A DNA stretch of 64,000 nucleotides from the NCBI GenBank assembly GCA_965221895.1, contig CBDCSX010000002.1, positions 2,626,930 to 2,690,929 of the forward strand. Reading direction: 5' to 3'. This DNA comes from Dehalococcoidia bacterium. Its GTDB lineage: Bacteria > Chloroflexota > Dehalococcoidia > Lucifugimonadales > GCA-2712585. The stretch's first letter is position 1. Each line of letters starts with the position of its first letter. The position numbers and the translations under genes were made by a program. A model generated the notes under the pieces. That model made no database searches, had not been told where the DNA came from, and saw nothing but the letters and a program-made list of their open reading frames with translations. Positions 18,967 to 34,255 of this stretch are shown here, piece after piece.

Positions 18967-19758
18967 ATGGGTCAAACCTGGGTAGAAGAGTTTCGAGAGT
19001 ACGGGGGAGCGCGGCTGCACCTGATGAAGGGTGGCGAGGGCCCGCCGTTGCTGGCGCTGCACGGCGCGGGAGGGAATCCCGGGCTGATGGCGTACCACCG
19101 GGAACTGGCGGAGTCATTCACTGTGTTTGTACCGTCGCATCCTGGCTTTGAGAAGTCCACCCGCGCCCCGTGGATAGATTCAATCGACGCGGTCGCACAC
19201 TTTTACCTGGGACTGATGGAAGAGATGGGGGTGGATCGGTATTCCGTCCTGGGTTTCTCGATGGGGGGCTGGATCGCGGCGGAGATGGCGGCGATGTGCA
19301 CGCATTCTTTGGATCGGCTGGTCATCTCCTCCGGGGTGGGCATCAGGCCGGAGGAAGGGGAGATTGCGGAGCTATTCACCGCGTCGAGGGAAACGGTGGC
19401 GGGGCTGCGGTTCTTCGACCCTACGCAGGTGCCGGACTACGACGAGCTTTTCGGCCAACCGATGACGCGGGAGCAGGCGGCGGTGGAGCGTGACAACCGG
19501 GAGACGGCGAGCCGGTGGTGCTGGAGTCCGTATATGAACAATCCCAACCTGTCGCATTACTTGAAGCGGGTTTCCACACCCACGCTGATTCTGTGGGGGC
19601 GGGAGGACGCTATCGTTCCAGTGGAGTGTGCCGATCTCTACCGGCAGGCAATCAGGAACTCGAGGGTACACCTGATAGAGCGTTGCGGGCATTCTCCGCA
19701 GATGGAGAAGCCGCAGGAGTTTCTGGACGCAGTTGTACCCTTCCTGCAAGGGGCCTAA
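18967..19758 (+). CDS. Alpha/beta hydrolase
   Basis: HGAGG oxyanion motif, GFSMGG nucleophile, WGREDA acid, CGHSP His. Confidence 0.9.
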   Translation: MGQTWVEEFREYGGARLHLMKGGEGPPLLALHGAGGNPGLMAYHRELAESFTVFVPSHPGFEKSTRAPWIDSIDAVAHFYLGLMEEMGVDRYSVLGFSMGGWIAAEMAAMCTHSLDRLVISSGVGIRPEEGEIAELFTASRETVAGLRFFDPTQVPDYDELFGQPMTREQAAVERDNRETASRWCWSPYMNNPNLSHYLKRVSTPTLILWGREDAIVPVECADLYRQAIRNSRVHLIERCGHSPQMEKPQEFLDAVVPFLQGA

Positions 19759-19791
19759 GGGCCCTATCGGATTTATCTAAGGAGGCGGCCC

Positions 19792-20934
19792 ATGTCCGTT
19801 CAAGTTTATTGGTTCACGGAGCAGCCCTACAGTTTCACGACGGAGGAGCTGCTGGCGGAACATCAAGAGGATTCCTACTTTACGCTGAGCAACCGGTTCT
19901 TCGATCCGCTCAAGGCGCATCAGCTGTACAACGAGTATCACGAGCAGTACGCCTTTGCCGACGAGGTGGGGTTCGACGGAATAATGACCAACGAGCACCA
20001 TAGCGCATGGTGGTGCATGAAGCCGTCGGCGAATATCGACGCAACGGCGATAGCCATGGTGACAAAGAATTGCAAGATTGCGATTCTGGGGAACGTGATC
20101 CCCATTACGGAAAACCCCGTTCGAATAGCGGAAGAGATAGCGATGGTGGACGTGATTTCCGGCGGGCGGGTGATTTCCGGCTTCGTGCGGGGCACGCCGG
20201 TGGAGAGCCTGCAGGCGAACATCAACCCGGCAGAGAACATGGAGCGGTTCGAGGAAGCGCATGATCTTATCATCAAGACGTGGACGTCGGACGGCCCCTT
20301 CCGATGGGAGGGGAAGTATTTTCACAACCGGATAGTGAATCCGTGGATGAAGCCGATACAGAAGCCGCATCCGCCTATCTGGTATCCGGGAACGTCGAGC
20401 GTGGAGAGCGTGGTGTGGGCGGCGGAGCGGGGATATGCCTACATGAGCTTGGGGAGCCTGTTGGACGTGGCGGTGCAGACGAACGAGCTGTATCACAAGA
20501 CGGCCCACGCCGCGGGGTTCGACACGGGGCCGGAGCATTACGGCTACCTGATTCGGGCATTCGTTGCAGATACGGACGAGCGGGCTTACGAGGTAGGCAA
20601 GAATTTCATGTGGAACGAGAAGTATCGGTTCAAGGCCATCGAGGAGCACGGAGACCCGCCGGGATACCGGAGCCGAGATGCGGCGAAGATTGCTTCGCGT
20701 CGGGTGCAGCCGGGGTTTGGGGGATGGACCTACGACCAGCTAATCGAGATGGACAATCTGATAGTGGGCAGCCCGGAGACGGTGATAGCGACGCTGCGCC
20801 GGATTCGCAAGGAGTTGAAGGCGGGGTATCTGCTGATATACGGGCACGAGGGGCCGATGCCTCACGAGGACGTGATGCGGTCGATAGAGTTGTGGGGAAC
20901 GAAGGTTATACCGGCGTTGAGGGAGGATGGTTAG
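19792..20934 (+). CDS. LLM-class flavin-dependent monooxygenase (luciferase-like)
   Basis: GFDGIMTNEHH…NPVRIAEEIAMVDVISGGR…QKPHPPIW. Confidence 0.9.
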   Translation: MSVQVYWFTEQPYSFTTEELLAEHQEDSYFTLSNRFFDPLKAHQLYNEYHEQYAFADEVGFDGIMTNEHHSAWWCMKPSANIDATAIAMVTKNCKIAILGNVIPITENPVRIAEEIAMVDVISGGRVISGFVRGTPVESLQANINPAENMERFEEAHDLIIKTWTSDGPFRWEGKYFHNRIVNPWMKPIQKPHPPIWYPGTSSVESVVWAAERGYAYMSLGSLLDVAVQTNELYHKTAHAAGFDTGPEHYGYLIRAFVADTDERAYEVGKNFMWNEKYRFKAIEEHGDPPGYRSRDAAKIASRRVQPGFGGWTYDQLIEMDNLIVGSPETVIATLRRIRKELKAGYLLIYGHEGPMPHEDVMRSIELWGTKVIPALREDG

Positions 20935-20989
20935 GGGGGATGTAGGGGGCTTTCGCGAGGGACTCCCTGACGGAGGTTGGGTGCAGCTA

Positions 20990-22408
20990 CTATCCTAGTT
21001 CCTGGGACTGTAAGATGGCCAGGGCAATGAGATAGGCGCCGCCCAGAAGCTGGGGTTGGACGAATTCCAGCCGGTCTTCGGGTGTGTGAATGCGGGAGAC
21101 GTCGGGGCCGAAGAGCAATAGCGCAGGGATTTCTGCATCCTGGAAGGGCACGTGGTCGCTGGCAGCTCCCGGCGGCATGGAACCCGGTTGGGCTTCGATT
21201 TCCAACTCCGCCGCTATTTTTAGTGCCAGATCGGTTAATGCCTGGTGACCTGCGACCTCGAGCTGGACGCCGGAGCCGACCACGTCGAAATTCATCATGA
21301 CTTTTGTCCTGGCCCGTTCCGCTTCGGTCAAGGATGCGACATAGTGGCGGCTGCCGTGAAGCCCCAGCTCTTCGGCTCCGAAGGCGATGAATCGGAGGGA
21401 GAAGGGCAGGGAGCGTCCGGCCAGAGCTTCCGCCAATGACAAGACCACGGCGACGCCGGAAGTGTTGTCGTTGGCTCCGGCCCTGGTTGCGGGAACTATG
21501 TCGTAGTGGCCGCCTACGATAACCAGGCCATCGCCGATGCCCTTTATTTCGGCGACCACGTTGCGGGACTCCAGTTCCTGCACTTCTACGTTTACGGATA
21601 TCTCCACTTGGCCATCGGACAACGTGTCAGTCCAGAATTCCCCCACGCTTGTGTCGAAGAGCAGGGCCGGAATTGCAGACTGGCCCGTCAGGAGCGGGGT
21701 GTAACTATTGAAATCGAGGTTGCCGGATATGACGGCGGCGACAGCTCCGGCTTCTGCTGCATTCGTGACGTTCTCGCGCAAATCCTGAAGGGCCTGCTTG
21801 TCGCCCAGAATGCCATCTTGCGGCTGGAACCAGGCGACTTTCCCTTCCAGTCCTTCTGGCGGGAGGTCCTCGCTCCGTTCCAGTCTCACCGGCGTCAATG
21901 GACCGGCGGCGGTTATGCTGTGAGGCGGGGTGGTAAATACTAGGCCGGGGAACTCCTGGCCCTGAACGACGGCGTTGGCGTTTTCTCCGCCGGTTCTATA
22001 CCAGCGCGAAAAATCAAAATGCAGGAAGGTAAAGGGCTGGATCTCTGTTAGGTAGCCCATGGCATGGAAGCGGGCTTGCAGATGTTCGGCGGCCCGCAGC
22101 TCTTCGGTAGTGGCGCTCTCCCGGTGGCCCAATTCATTCAGCAGCTCTTTCAGCAAGGCGTAGACTTGCTCCGAAGCAGTCGCCAATTGGTCTTGGGGCG
22201 ATTGGGTGGGAGAAGGCGCGGGTGCTGGCGTCTGAGGCGGGCGAGTCGGACTGGCGGTAGGCGTTGGAGTGACTGCGGGGGGCGGTTCGGCCGGAGGTGA
22301 CGCAGTGGTCGATCCGGTGGAACAGGCGAGTGAGACGGCTAGAAGGGCGAGGACCCCTGGAATGAACAGAGGCCGGAGGGCCGAATGCAATAGAGAAGGT
22401 GGAATCAT
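20990..22408 (-). CDS. M28 family metallopeptidase, lipoprotein with Pro-rich linker and PA domain
   Basis: Lipobox LAC; GGHYD, GANDNTSG, GAEELGLHGS, NFD, SDH, IHTPED. Confidence 0.9.
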   Translation of the reverse strand: MIPPSLLHSALRPLFIPGVLALLAVSLACSTGSTTASPPAEPPPAVTPTPTASPTRPPQTPAPAPSPTQSPQDQLATASEQVYALLKELLNELGHRESATTEELRAAEHLQARFHAMGYLTEIQPFTFLHFDFSRWYRTGGENANAVVQGQEFPGLVFTTPPHSITAAGPLTPVRLERSEDLPPEGLEGKVAWFQPQDGILGDKQALQDLRENVTNAAEAGAVAAVISGNLDFNSYTPLLTGQSAIPALLFDTSVGEFWTDTLSDGQVEISVNVEVQELESRNVVAEIKGIGDGLVIVGGHYDIVPATRAGANDNTSGVAVVLSLAEALAGRSLPFSLRFIAFGAEELGLHGSRHYVASLTEAERARTKVMMNFDVVGSGVQLEVAGHQALTDLALKIAAELEIEAQPGSMPPGAASDHVPFQDAEIPALLLFGPDVSRIHTPEDRLEFVQPQLLGGAYLIALAILQSQELG

Positions 22409-22554
22409 TCCTGTAAACGGCCTTTACGGGATGGTAAAGGGCACACATTGTAATCAAGCAAGACGGGCGCCCACTAGGGACGCCCTCACGGCGATGACTA
22501 TAAGTGATGTGGAGGGGGCGGGGGTGTGACACCCCCGCCCGGTTTAGGAATCGT

Positions 22555-23055
22555 TTAGGAGGGGTAGACTAGCTCGCCGCCGGTAGTCTGGCGAGAGGGC
22601 TGGCGAACCGGGTTGGCTCCCTTGCTCTGCCAGAACATCTCGGCGATGTCGAGGGTGGCGGTGAGGAGGCCGGTGGCGGCGGCCACGTTGCGGTGAACCC
22701 TTGCTTCGGAGGCGGCCTTCATGGCGTTCCAGAAGGTGTCGTGGAGGTTGGGGAACTGCTCCAGATGCTCGGGCTTGAAGTAGTCTCCCCAGAGGATGCG
22801 GAGTTCCTGCTTGGCGAGCTCGGCGTGGTGCTCCTTGACGGCGGTCATGCGGGCAATCTTGTGGCTGTAAATTTGCGCCTCGTCGTGGGTCGCGTCGGGG
22901 CCGGGCTTTTCAAGGTCGCAAATCAGGGTGGACATTCGGACTACGGTATGGGCGGCGATTTGCGCCAGATGGGGGTCGTAGATGCCGCAGGGAACGTCGC
23001 AGTGGGCGTGGGCATCCTGGGGAGTAAAGCGGGACTTCAGGTTCAAAAAGGACAT
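22555..23055 (-). CDS. sodN: Nickel superoxide dismutase precursor
   Basis: Ni-hook HCDVPCGIYDP after a short prosequence; RBS upstream of ATG 23055. Confidence 0.95.
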   Translation of the reverse strand: MSFLNLKSRFTPQDAHAHCDVPCGIYDPHLAQIAAHTVVRMSTLICDLEKPGPDATHDEAQIYSHKIARMTAVKEHHAELAKQELRILWGDYFKPEHLEQFPNLHDTFWNAMKAASEARVHRNVAAATGLLTATLDIAEMFWQSKGANPVRQPSRQTTGGELVYPS

Positions 23056-23171
23056 TGTTGATCCTCTCCTTATGCGGAATTCATGTGGCTGGAGTATACT
23101 GCAAAATGGGCCTGCTGCCAACGACCAGGGGCCTGTGGGGAAGACTGTCAGTTTGGGATTGAACGCTGCTT

Positions 23172-23663
23172 ATGGGTCTGTTGGATAGGTTGCCGGGGAT
23201 GGGGATTCTACGGGGGTTGGGTCGGATTGGGGTTTACCGGGTTCGAGGCCGGAGTATGGAGCCGCGGTTTTTCGAGGGTGAGTTGCTTCTGGTCTGGGGA
23301 GTCGGCGTCGGCGAAAGGGGGCTGAGACGGGGCGACGTGGTGGTGTTTCGGCACCCCAGCGTGGATGGGCGGTTGATGTTGAAGCGGGTGGCGGCGTTGC
23401 CGGGAGGGCGGGTTGGGGTGGTTGGGGGTCGGGTGATTGTGGAGGGCGGGGCGACGTTGGAGGCGGGTGGCGGCGTCGGCAAAGGCGACGAGGGGATGTG
23501 GGAGATGGAGTGGGTGTTGGGTGAGGACGAGTGGTTTGTGGTGGGGGATAACCTTGAGTCGAGCCTGGACAGTCGTCGGTTGGGGCCGATTCGGGGGTCG
23601 TGGATCAGGGGGCGGGTGTGGTTTCGGTGTTGGCCGTTGTTCAGGGGGAAGGGTGCTGGGTGA
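23172..23663 (+). CDS. sodX: Ni-SOD maturation protease (S26 family)
   Basis: VRGRSMEP…GDVVVF…LKRV…GDN…SLDSRRLG; divergent from sodN. Confidence 0.8.
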   Translation: MGLLDRLPGMGILRGLGRIGVYRVRGRSMEPRFFEGELLLVWGVGVGERGLRRGDVVVFRHPSVDGRLMLKRVAALPGGRVGVVGGRVIVEGGATLEAGGGVGKGDEGMWEMEWVLGEDEWFVVGDNLESSLDSRRLGPIRGSWIRGRVWFRCWPLFRGKGAG

Positions 23664-23710
23664 TGGGAGGTGGGCGGTTTGCGAACCGCCCACACGGGGG
23701 AGGCGACGTT

Positions 23711-23830
23711 TTATTCGTTTCGGGGGGATTCGTTCTTTTCTGTGGTGCAAACGAAGGGTGGATTGGGGGAAGGCGTGGGGATGGGTTTTTTCATGGAGGA
23801 ATGGTAGCAGGGGAGGGGGAGTTTCGGCAA
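23711..23830 (-). repeat. Promoter-plus-hairpin repeat, copy 2 of 3
   Basis: TTGCCG-18-TACCAT on the minus strand plus the conserved hairpin block. Confidence 0.7.
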
Positions 23831-24136
23831 TGGGAGGATAGCAGTGTGGGTGGGGGATGGGTCCCCGCATCCGCGAGGACAACGGGAGTGGGAGGGCGGA
23901 TCTCTAATCGCCTCTACGTGGGAGTCGCCGAACACGACGGGAGGGGAAAGGTGGTTCCCGCACCGCCCCTACGAGGGAGTCGCCGAACACGATGAAGACG
24001 GGCGTCCACGAGGGGTGGTCCTACGGAGACGGCAGGTTGGACGTGACGTGGATAGGGAAGAGGAAGGTCGGTTCGCGTACCCGCCCCTACGGTTGGTCGG
24101 TAGTTGGGAAGTTTGGAGGGCAAGGGCAGGTTTGAA

Positions 24137-24306
24137 GAGCCTGTTTCATAAGTCCTCACCCATGATTTATGCCAAGTATGCCAAGACGATTTCCGACGAC
24201 TTCCCAGGCGAGAATATGGAATATGGCCCCAAGGTCCGTCATTCCTGCGAAAGCAGGAATCCAGAAGGCCCAATTCTCGGAGAGATCCGACTTCTGAAAC
24301 AGGCTC
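24137..24306. mobile_element. MITE family 1, type A (170 bp)
   Basis: TSD TGAA; same flanks without the element at about 24500-24535. Confidence 0.93.
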
Positions 24307-24645
24307 TGAAACCTGCCCCTACGGAGAAGGGGTTGAGTGTAGGGGGTGTGGGGAAGATGGATTCCCGCCCCCGTCTTCACGGGGGCAGGATATTCGCGGG
24401 AAAAACGGAGGGAGGGATGGGTCCCCGCATCCGCGAGGACAACGGAAGGGGGAGGGCGGTTCGCGAACCGCCCCTACGGTTGGTCGGTAGTTGGGAAGTT
24501 TGGAGGGCAAGGGCGGGTTTGAAACCTGCCCCTACGGAGAAGGGGTTGAGTGTAGGGGGTGTGGTAAAGATGGATTCAAGCCCCCGTCTTCACGGGGGTA
24601 GGCTGTTCGCGGGAACAGCGGAGGGAGGGATGGGTCCCCGCATCC

Positions 24646-24768
24646 GGAGACCTTTGCATAACTATCGAATCGCATTCAGATGGCGGTGTAGGACGACTCT
24701 TGACATAGCTAAATCATGGGATTCTGGATTCCGGCTTTCGCCGGAATGACGGTTATGCAAAGGTCTCC
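24646..24768. mobile_element. MITE family 2 (123 bp)
   Basis: TIRs GGAGACCTTTGCATAAC / GTTATGCAAAGGTCTCC; TSD ATCC in the loop of GTCCCCGCATCCGCGAGGAC. Confidence 0.92.
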
Positions 24769-24857
24769 ATCCGCGAGGACAACGGGAGGGGGATGGCGGT
24801 TCTCTAATCGCCTCTACGAGGGAGTCGCCGAACACGACGTAGACGGGCAACCACAAG

Positions 24858-25027
24858 GAGCCTGTTTCAAAAGTCCCCGCGCGTCTGTCCGCGGCAAAAG
24901 GGCGTGACGACAGGCGTAACCATATCCACAAATGCTGCGATATACGACTGTAGATATGCTGTTTCGGCCTTATGCCGTTGTGAACGAACGAGCTCAATGA
25001 CTTGGTTGCTACTTCTGAAACAGGCTC
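24858..25027. mobile_element. MITE family 1, type C (170 bp)
   Basis: TIRs; TSD CAAG; empty alleles at about 25710-25736 and 25830-25858. Confidence 0.92.
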
Positions 25028-25154
25028 CAAGGGTTGCCCCTACGGGGGGAGGGAGGGGTTCCCGCATGCGCGAGAACGACGGGAGGGGAAAGGCGGTTCG
25101 CGAGCTGCCCCTACGTGGGAATCACCGAACGCGACGTAGGCGGGCAACCACAAG

Positions 25155-25325
25155 GAGCCTGTTTCAAAAGTCCCCGTGCCTCTGTCCGCGGCAAAAGGGC
25201 GTGACGACAGGCGTAACCATATCCACAAATGCTGCGATATACGACTAGCAGATATGCTGTTTCCGCCTTATGCCGTTGTGAACGAGCGAGCTCAATGACT
25301 TGGTTGCTACTTCTGAAACAGGCTC
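25155..25325. mobile_element. MITE family 1, type C (171 bp)
   Basis: TIRs; TSD CAAG. Confidence 0.92.
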
Positions 25326-25401
25326 CAAGAGTTGCCCCTACGGAGATAGGGATGGGTCCCTGCATCCGCGAGGACAACGGGAGGGGGAGGGCAGGTTTCA
25401 G

Positions 25402-25572
25402 GAGCCTGTTTCAAAAGTCTCCGCGCCTCTGTCGGCGGTGAAACGTTGCGACGCCAAGCGTAACCATGCCCAATAATACTACTACATACGACAAGCAGAG
25501 ACATCGTTTCCGCCCTATGTCGTTTTGGTCGAACGGGGTCAAAGCCTGGCGTGCTATTTCTGAAACAGGCTC
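25402..25572. mobile_element. MITE family 1, type B (171 bp)
   Basis: Nearly identical to 879-1049; sits in a GGGCAGGTTT/AAACCTGCCC hairpin; TSD imperfect. Confidence 0.88.
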
Positions 25573-25890
25573 TTGAAACCTGCCCCTACGGAGAAGGGGT
25601 TGAGTGTAGGGGGTGTGGGAAAGATGGGTCCCCGCATGCGCGAGTACACGGGGAGGGGACGGGCGGATTCTGAGTTGCTCCTACGAGGGAGTCGCCGAAC
25701 ACGATGTAGGCGGGCAACCACAAGGGTTGCCCTTACGGAGGGAGGGATGGGTCCCCGCATCCGCGATGACACGGGGAGGGGTAGCTGGCGCGAGTCGTCC
25801 CTACGTGGGAATCGGCGGACACGACGTAGGCGGGCAACCACAAGGGTTGTGCCCCTACGGAGACGGCATGTTGGACGTGACGGGCGTGAA

Positions 25891-28650
<2,760 letters not shown>

Positions 28651-28901
28651 GGGTGGTGAAACTCCTAGGAATGCGAATTTACTCATGGAATTGTAACCGA
28701 AACAGGGGGAATAGCATAGATGGGAGGGGTTGGGGGTGGATTCGCGCACCGCCCCTACGGGAAGAGGGGTACGGAGGGGACAACGAGGGAAGCAGGTGGT
28801 GTAAAGGGAGGGGGAAGATGGGTCCCCGCCCCCGTTCTTCACGAGGGCAGGCTATTCGCGAGGACAACGGAAGGAGACGCGGTGTGTGATAAAATATCGA
28901 C

Positions 28902-29348
28902 GTGACTGAATCGGAGCTAATTTACAGCGAAGAGCACCGGAGCACCTTCCTCTCCCATTTCATGTGGTATTTGGGGCTGCTTCTGTTGGTGGCGGCTGTT
29001 CTCTCCCTTGCCTTTGGCTCAGGTTCCTGGACGAACAGGTCTTTCGACGTGGTGGTATTGCTGGCTCTTGGGCTGCTGTTGGCGGGAGGACACTGGCTGA
29101 TGGCGCCGCGTAGGTATGAGGTCTACGAAGGGGGGCTGGCGGTGGTGTACGGGCGACCGCGGGTTAGGCTGGTGAGGTATCCGGAGATTTCGAACATCGA
29201 GGTGATATCCCACCCACTAGGCACGGAGATACGCATACATCTGACCCAGGGGGGAGTGCTGGGGCTTCATCCACTGCATCCGAGGCAGTTTCACGAGAAT
29301 CTGGAGTCGGCGTGGCAGCGGAATAGAGGGTCTTGGTCAGCGATGTGA
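28902..29348 (+). CDS. Hypothetical membrane protein (2 TM plus a PH-like soluble domain)
   Basis: Two hydrophobic helices followed by a beta-rich domain. Confidence 0.6.
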   Translation: MTESELIYSEEHRSTFLSHFMWYLGLLLLVAAVLSLAFGSGSWTNRSFDVVVLLALGLLLAGGHWLMAPRRYEVYEGGLAVVYGRPRVRLVRYPEISNIEVISHPLGTEIRIHLTQGGVLGLHPLHPRQFHENLESAWQRNRGSWSAM

Positions 29349-29422
29349 ACCCTGCGCTAACGTTCGGCTGACGGACGGGCACCACGAGGGACGCCCCTAC
29401 GGAAGAAGAGACGGGGATGTAG

Positions 29423-31644
<2,222 letters not shown>

Positions 31645-31648
<4 letters not shown>

Positions 31649-32115
31649 AGCTGGACGCTGCCGAGGACGACGAGTATGACGCCTGAAACGGCAAAAACGG
31701 TCCCAAGGACGACGCGAGGCGTGACGCGCTCCAGTTGCTGTAAGAAGAGGTGGGTCAGGGCGAGGGTCACCAGGGGGTTGAGGGAAGCCAGGGGGGTGAC
31801 GACGGCGATGGGGGCGCGGGTGACAGCCAAGGTCAAGAGGGTTACGGCGCAGCCTGAGGTGATGCCAGCAGCCATGAAGAAGCCCACATATTTGCGGGGT
31901 AAGCCTGACTTGAAGTTGTAGCCGCGGTGAAATAGCAGAAAGACCAGGGCGGCGCCTATGAGCAGGGAGAATGAGGTGAATACGACGGGAGGAATGTTTT
32001 CTTCCGTTATGGCCTTCTTGGCGATGACGCTGCTGCCTCCGTACAGAGCGGCGGCTGCGAGGGCAAGGGCGAACCCGGCGAGGATTCTTCTCTGTCCGAC
32101 GAGATTAAGCTGCAT
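31645..32115 (-). CDS. Single-domain EamA/DMT family transporter
   Basis: Five hydrophobic segments, APIAVVTPL motif; likely ATG at 32115. Confidence 0.8.
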
Positions 32116-32545
32116 CGGAACGCTTCTCGCTGACAATGAGGACCATGCCTAGGACGGAGACAAGGATGCCAAGGCCGATTAGGAGGTTGGGCCTTTCGCC
32201 GAGGGCGATGAGGGCAAGAAGGGTGGCGAAGATGGGGCTAACGGCGAGCATAGGGGAGGAGCGGGAGGCTCCGGCCAGACTGATGGCGGTGTAGTTGAAG
32301 AGGCGGGCCAGGGGGAAGGTGATGATGGCGAAGAAGAGGAACCAGAGGAAGGCTCGCGGTGTCAGGTCCAGGATGTCGCGGAAGTGGAGAGCAATGGACA
32401 GGGCAAAGGTGAGGAGGAAGCCGGTGCTTAGTGATAGGAAGACGCCAAAAGTCGGGGGGATGCGCTGGAGGCCCAAGCGAGCGAGGACGGCGCTGGAGCC
32501 GAAGCCTATGGCGGCGAGAAGGCCAAAAACAATGGCTAGGGACAT
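32105..32545 (-). CDS. Single-domain EamA/DMT family transporter
   Basis: Five hydrophobic segments, GASRSSP…LGER motif; overlaps the next gene by 11 nt. Confidence 0.8.
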   Translation of the reverse strand: MSLAIVFGLLAAIGFGSSAVLARLGLQRIPPTFGVFLSLSTGFLLTFALSIALHFRDILDLTPRAFLWFLFFAIITFPLARLFNYTAISLAGASRSSPMLAVSPIFATLLALIALGERPNLLIGLGILVSVLGMVLIVSEKRSDAA

Positions 32546-32609
32546 TTTTTCCTCTGCTGCGCGGGGTTCTTCGGGGCTATCCCAGTCTGGGGACGGTGGG
32601 GCATGGCTG

Positions 32610-33383
32610 CTACTTTTTTGCCAAGCTCTGGATGATGGACCCGAAGATGGACAGGCCGTCGGCGCCGCCCATAATTTCCTCGCAGCAACGTTCGGGGTGG
32701 GGCATCATGCCGAGGACGTTGCCGGCCCGGTTGGTGATGCCGGCGATGTTGTTAAGGGAGCCGTTGGGGTTGGAGGCGGGGGTGGCTTTGCCCTCGGGGG
32801 TTGTGTAGCGAAAGAGGACTCTGCCTTCGGCTTCCAGGCTTTCGAGGGTTGCGTTGTCGGCGTAGTAGCTGCCCTCCCCGTGGGAGATGGGGATGCGAAG
32901 GACTTGCCTCTGAGTGCAGGAGCGGGTGAAGGGGGTGTCGTGTCGCTCGACCCGCAGGTGGGTCCACTGGCATCGGAATTGGAGGTGGTTGTTGCGCATG
33001 AGGACGCCGGGGAGGAGCCGGGCCTCGCAGAGCATCTGGAAGCCGTTGCAGATGCCCAACACGAGACCGCCGTTGGCGGCGAAGCGGGCTACGGCGGACA
33101 TGATTGGGGAGAGGCGGGCGATGGCCCCGGGGCGGAGGTAATCGCCGTAGGAGAAGCCGCCGGGAAGGATTATGCAATCTATGTCTGAGAATGAGTCGTC
33201 CTTGTGCCAGAGGTAGCGGGCCTGTTGGCCCAGGACTGCGCCGAGGGCGTGGTGGCAATCGCCGTCGCTCCAGGAGCCGGGGAAGACGACTATGCCGAAG
33301 TTTTTTTTGTTTCCCTGGGGGAGGGCGGTTGTAGAACTGCCCCTACGGGGGAGAATGTTGTCGGACACGGGACTCACCCCCAT
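32610..33383 (-). CDS. purQ: FGAM synthase glutaminase subunit PurQ; true start uncertain (conserved part begins near 33300)
   Basis: [41 protein letters not shown]. Confidence 0.95.
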   Translation of the reverse strand: MGVSPVSDNILPRRGSSTTALPQGNKKNFGIVVFPGSWSDGDCHHALGAVLGQQARYLWHKDDSFSDIDCIILPGGFSYGDYLRPGAIARLSPIMSAVARFAANGGLVLGICNGFQMLCEARLLPGVLMRNNHLQFRCQWTHLRVERHDTPFTRSCTQRQVLRIPISHGEGSYYADNATLESLEAEGRVLFRYTTPEGKATPASNPNGSLNNIAGITNRAGNVLGMMPHPERCCEEIMGGADGLSIFGSIIQSLAKK

Positions 33384-33671
33384 CCTAACCTTCCCCCATC
33401 AAGGGGGAAGGGACTTTGGGGGGTGGGTAGGGTTGGGGGATGGGGTTAGGCATCAGCGGAAGGGAGGAGGGGATCGATTCCCGCCTTCGGGGGAATAACG
33501 GAGGCGTGGGTGACGAGATTCCTCGAGGGACTCGGAATGACAGGTGGGGGTAGGAAGGAGGGGATGGGTTCCCGCCTTCGCGGGAACAACGGAATGGGAA
33601 CGGGAATAATGGGGGTGGGAGGGGGGGTGGGGCATGGGGGGACGTGGAATGACGGAGCGGGCGGCCACAAG

Positions 33672-33841
33672 GAGCCTGTTTCAGAAGTCGGACCTCTCCG
33701 AGAATTGGGCCTTCTGGATTCCTGCTTTCGCAGGAATGACGGACCTTGGGGCCATATTCCATGCTCTCCCTCGGGAAGTCGTCGAAAAGCGTCTTAAAAT
33801 GCTTGGCATATATCATGGGTGAGGACTTATGAAACAGGCTC
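33672..33841. mobile_element. MITE family 1, type A (170 bp), opposite orientation to 14362
   Basis: TIRs; TSD CAAG. Confidence 0.92.
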
Positions 33842-33989
33842 CAAGGGCCGCCCCTACGGGGAATGGTTGGGGGTAGGGACATTGAGCGTGGGATGGCGAG
33901 ATTCCTCGAGGGACTTGGGATGACATGGGGCAGGGGACTCTGGATGACAGGCAAAAAGGGGCGGAATGAAGAGGGAGGGCGGCCACAAG

Positions 33990-34159
33990 GAGCCTGTTTC
34001 AGAAGTCGGACCTCTCCGAGAATTGGGCCTTCTGGATTCCTGCTGTCGCAGGAATGACGGACCTTGGGGCCATATTCCATATTCTCGCCCGGGAGGTCGT
34101 CGGAAATCGTCTTGGCATACTTGGCATAAATCATAGGTGAGGACTTATGAAACAGGCTC
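33990..34159. mobile_element. MITE family 1, type A (170 bp)
   Basis: TIRs; TSD CAAG. Confidence 0.92.
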
Positions 34160-34255
34160 CAAGGGCCGCCTCTACGGGGAAGGGTTGGGTGTTGGGACGT
34201 TGAGCGTGGGATGGCGAGATTCCTCGAGGGACTCGGGATGATAGTGGGCATGGGG

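Larger units (their letters stand above)
23680..25860. repeat. 2.2-kb composite REP-like array carrying five MITEs
   Basis: Modular hairpins ending CCCCTAC with locally duplicated G-rich spacers. Confidence 0.9.
33320..34255. repeat. REP-like cluster with an internal duplication and two MITEs
   Basis: Repeated GAGATTCCTCGAGGGACT(C/T)GG blocks and GGGCGGCCACAAGGGCCGCC hairpins. Confidence 0.88.

Noticed and set aside
23844-24749. Repeat-region ORFs (also 288-875, 832-1395, 33385-34263)
   Set aside because: Translations are concatenated REP/MITE units with no RBS or domain; not transposases.
23680-25860. Palindromic repeats with spacers resembling a CRISPR array
   Set aside because: Repeat types and spacing vary, spacers are themselves duplicated, and no cas genes are present; explained as REP/MITE array.
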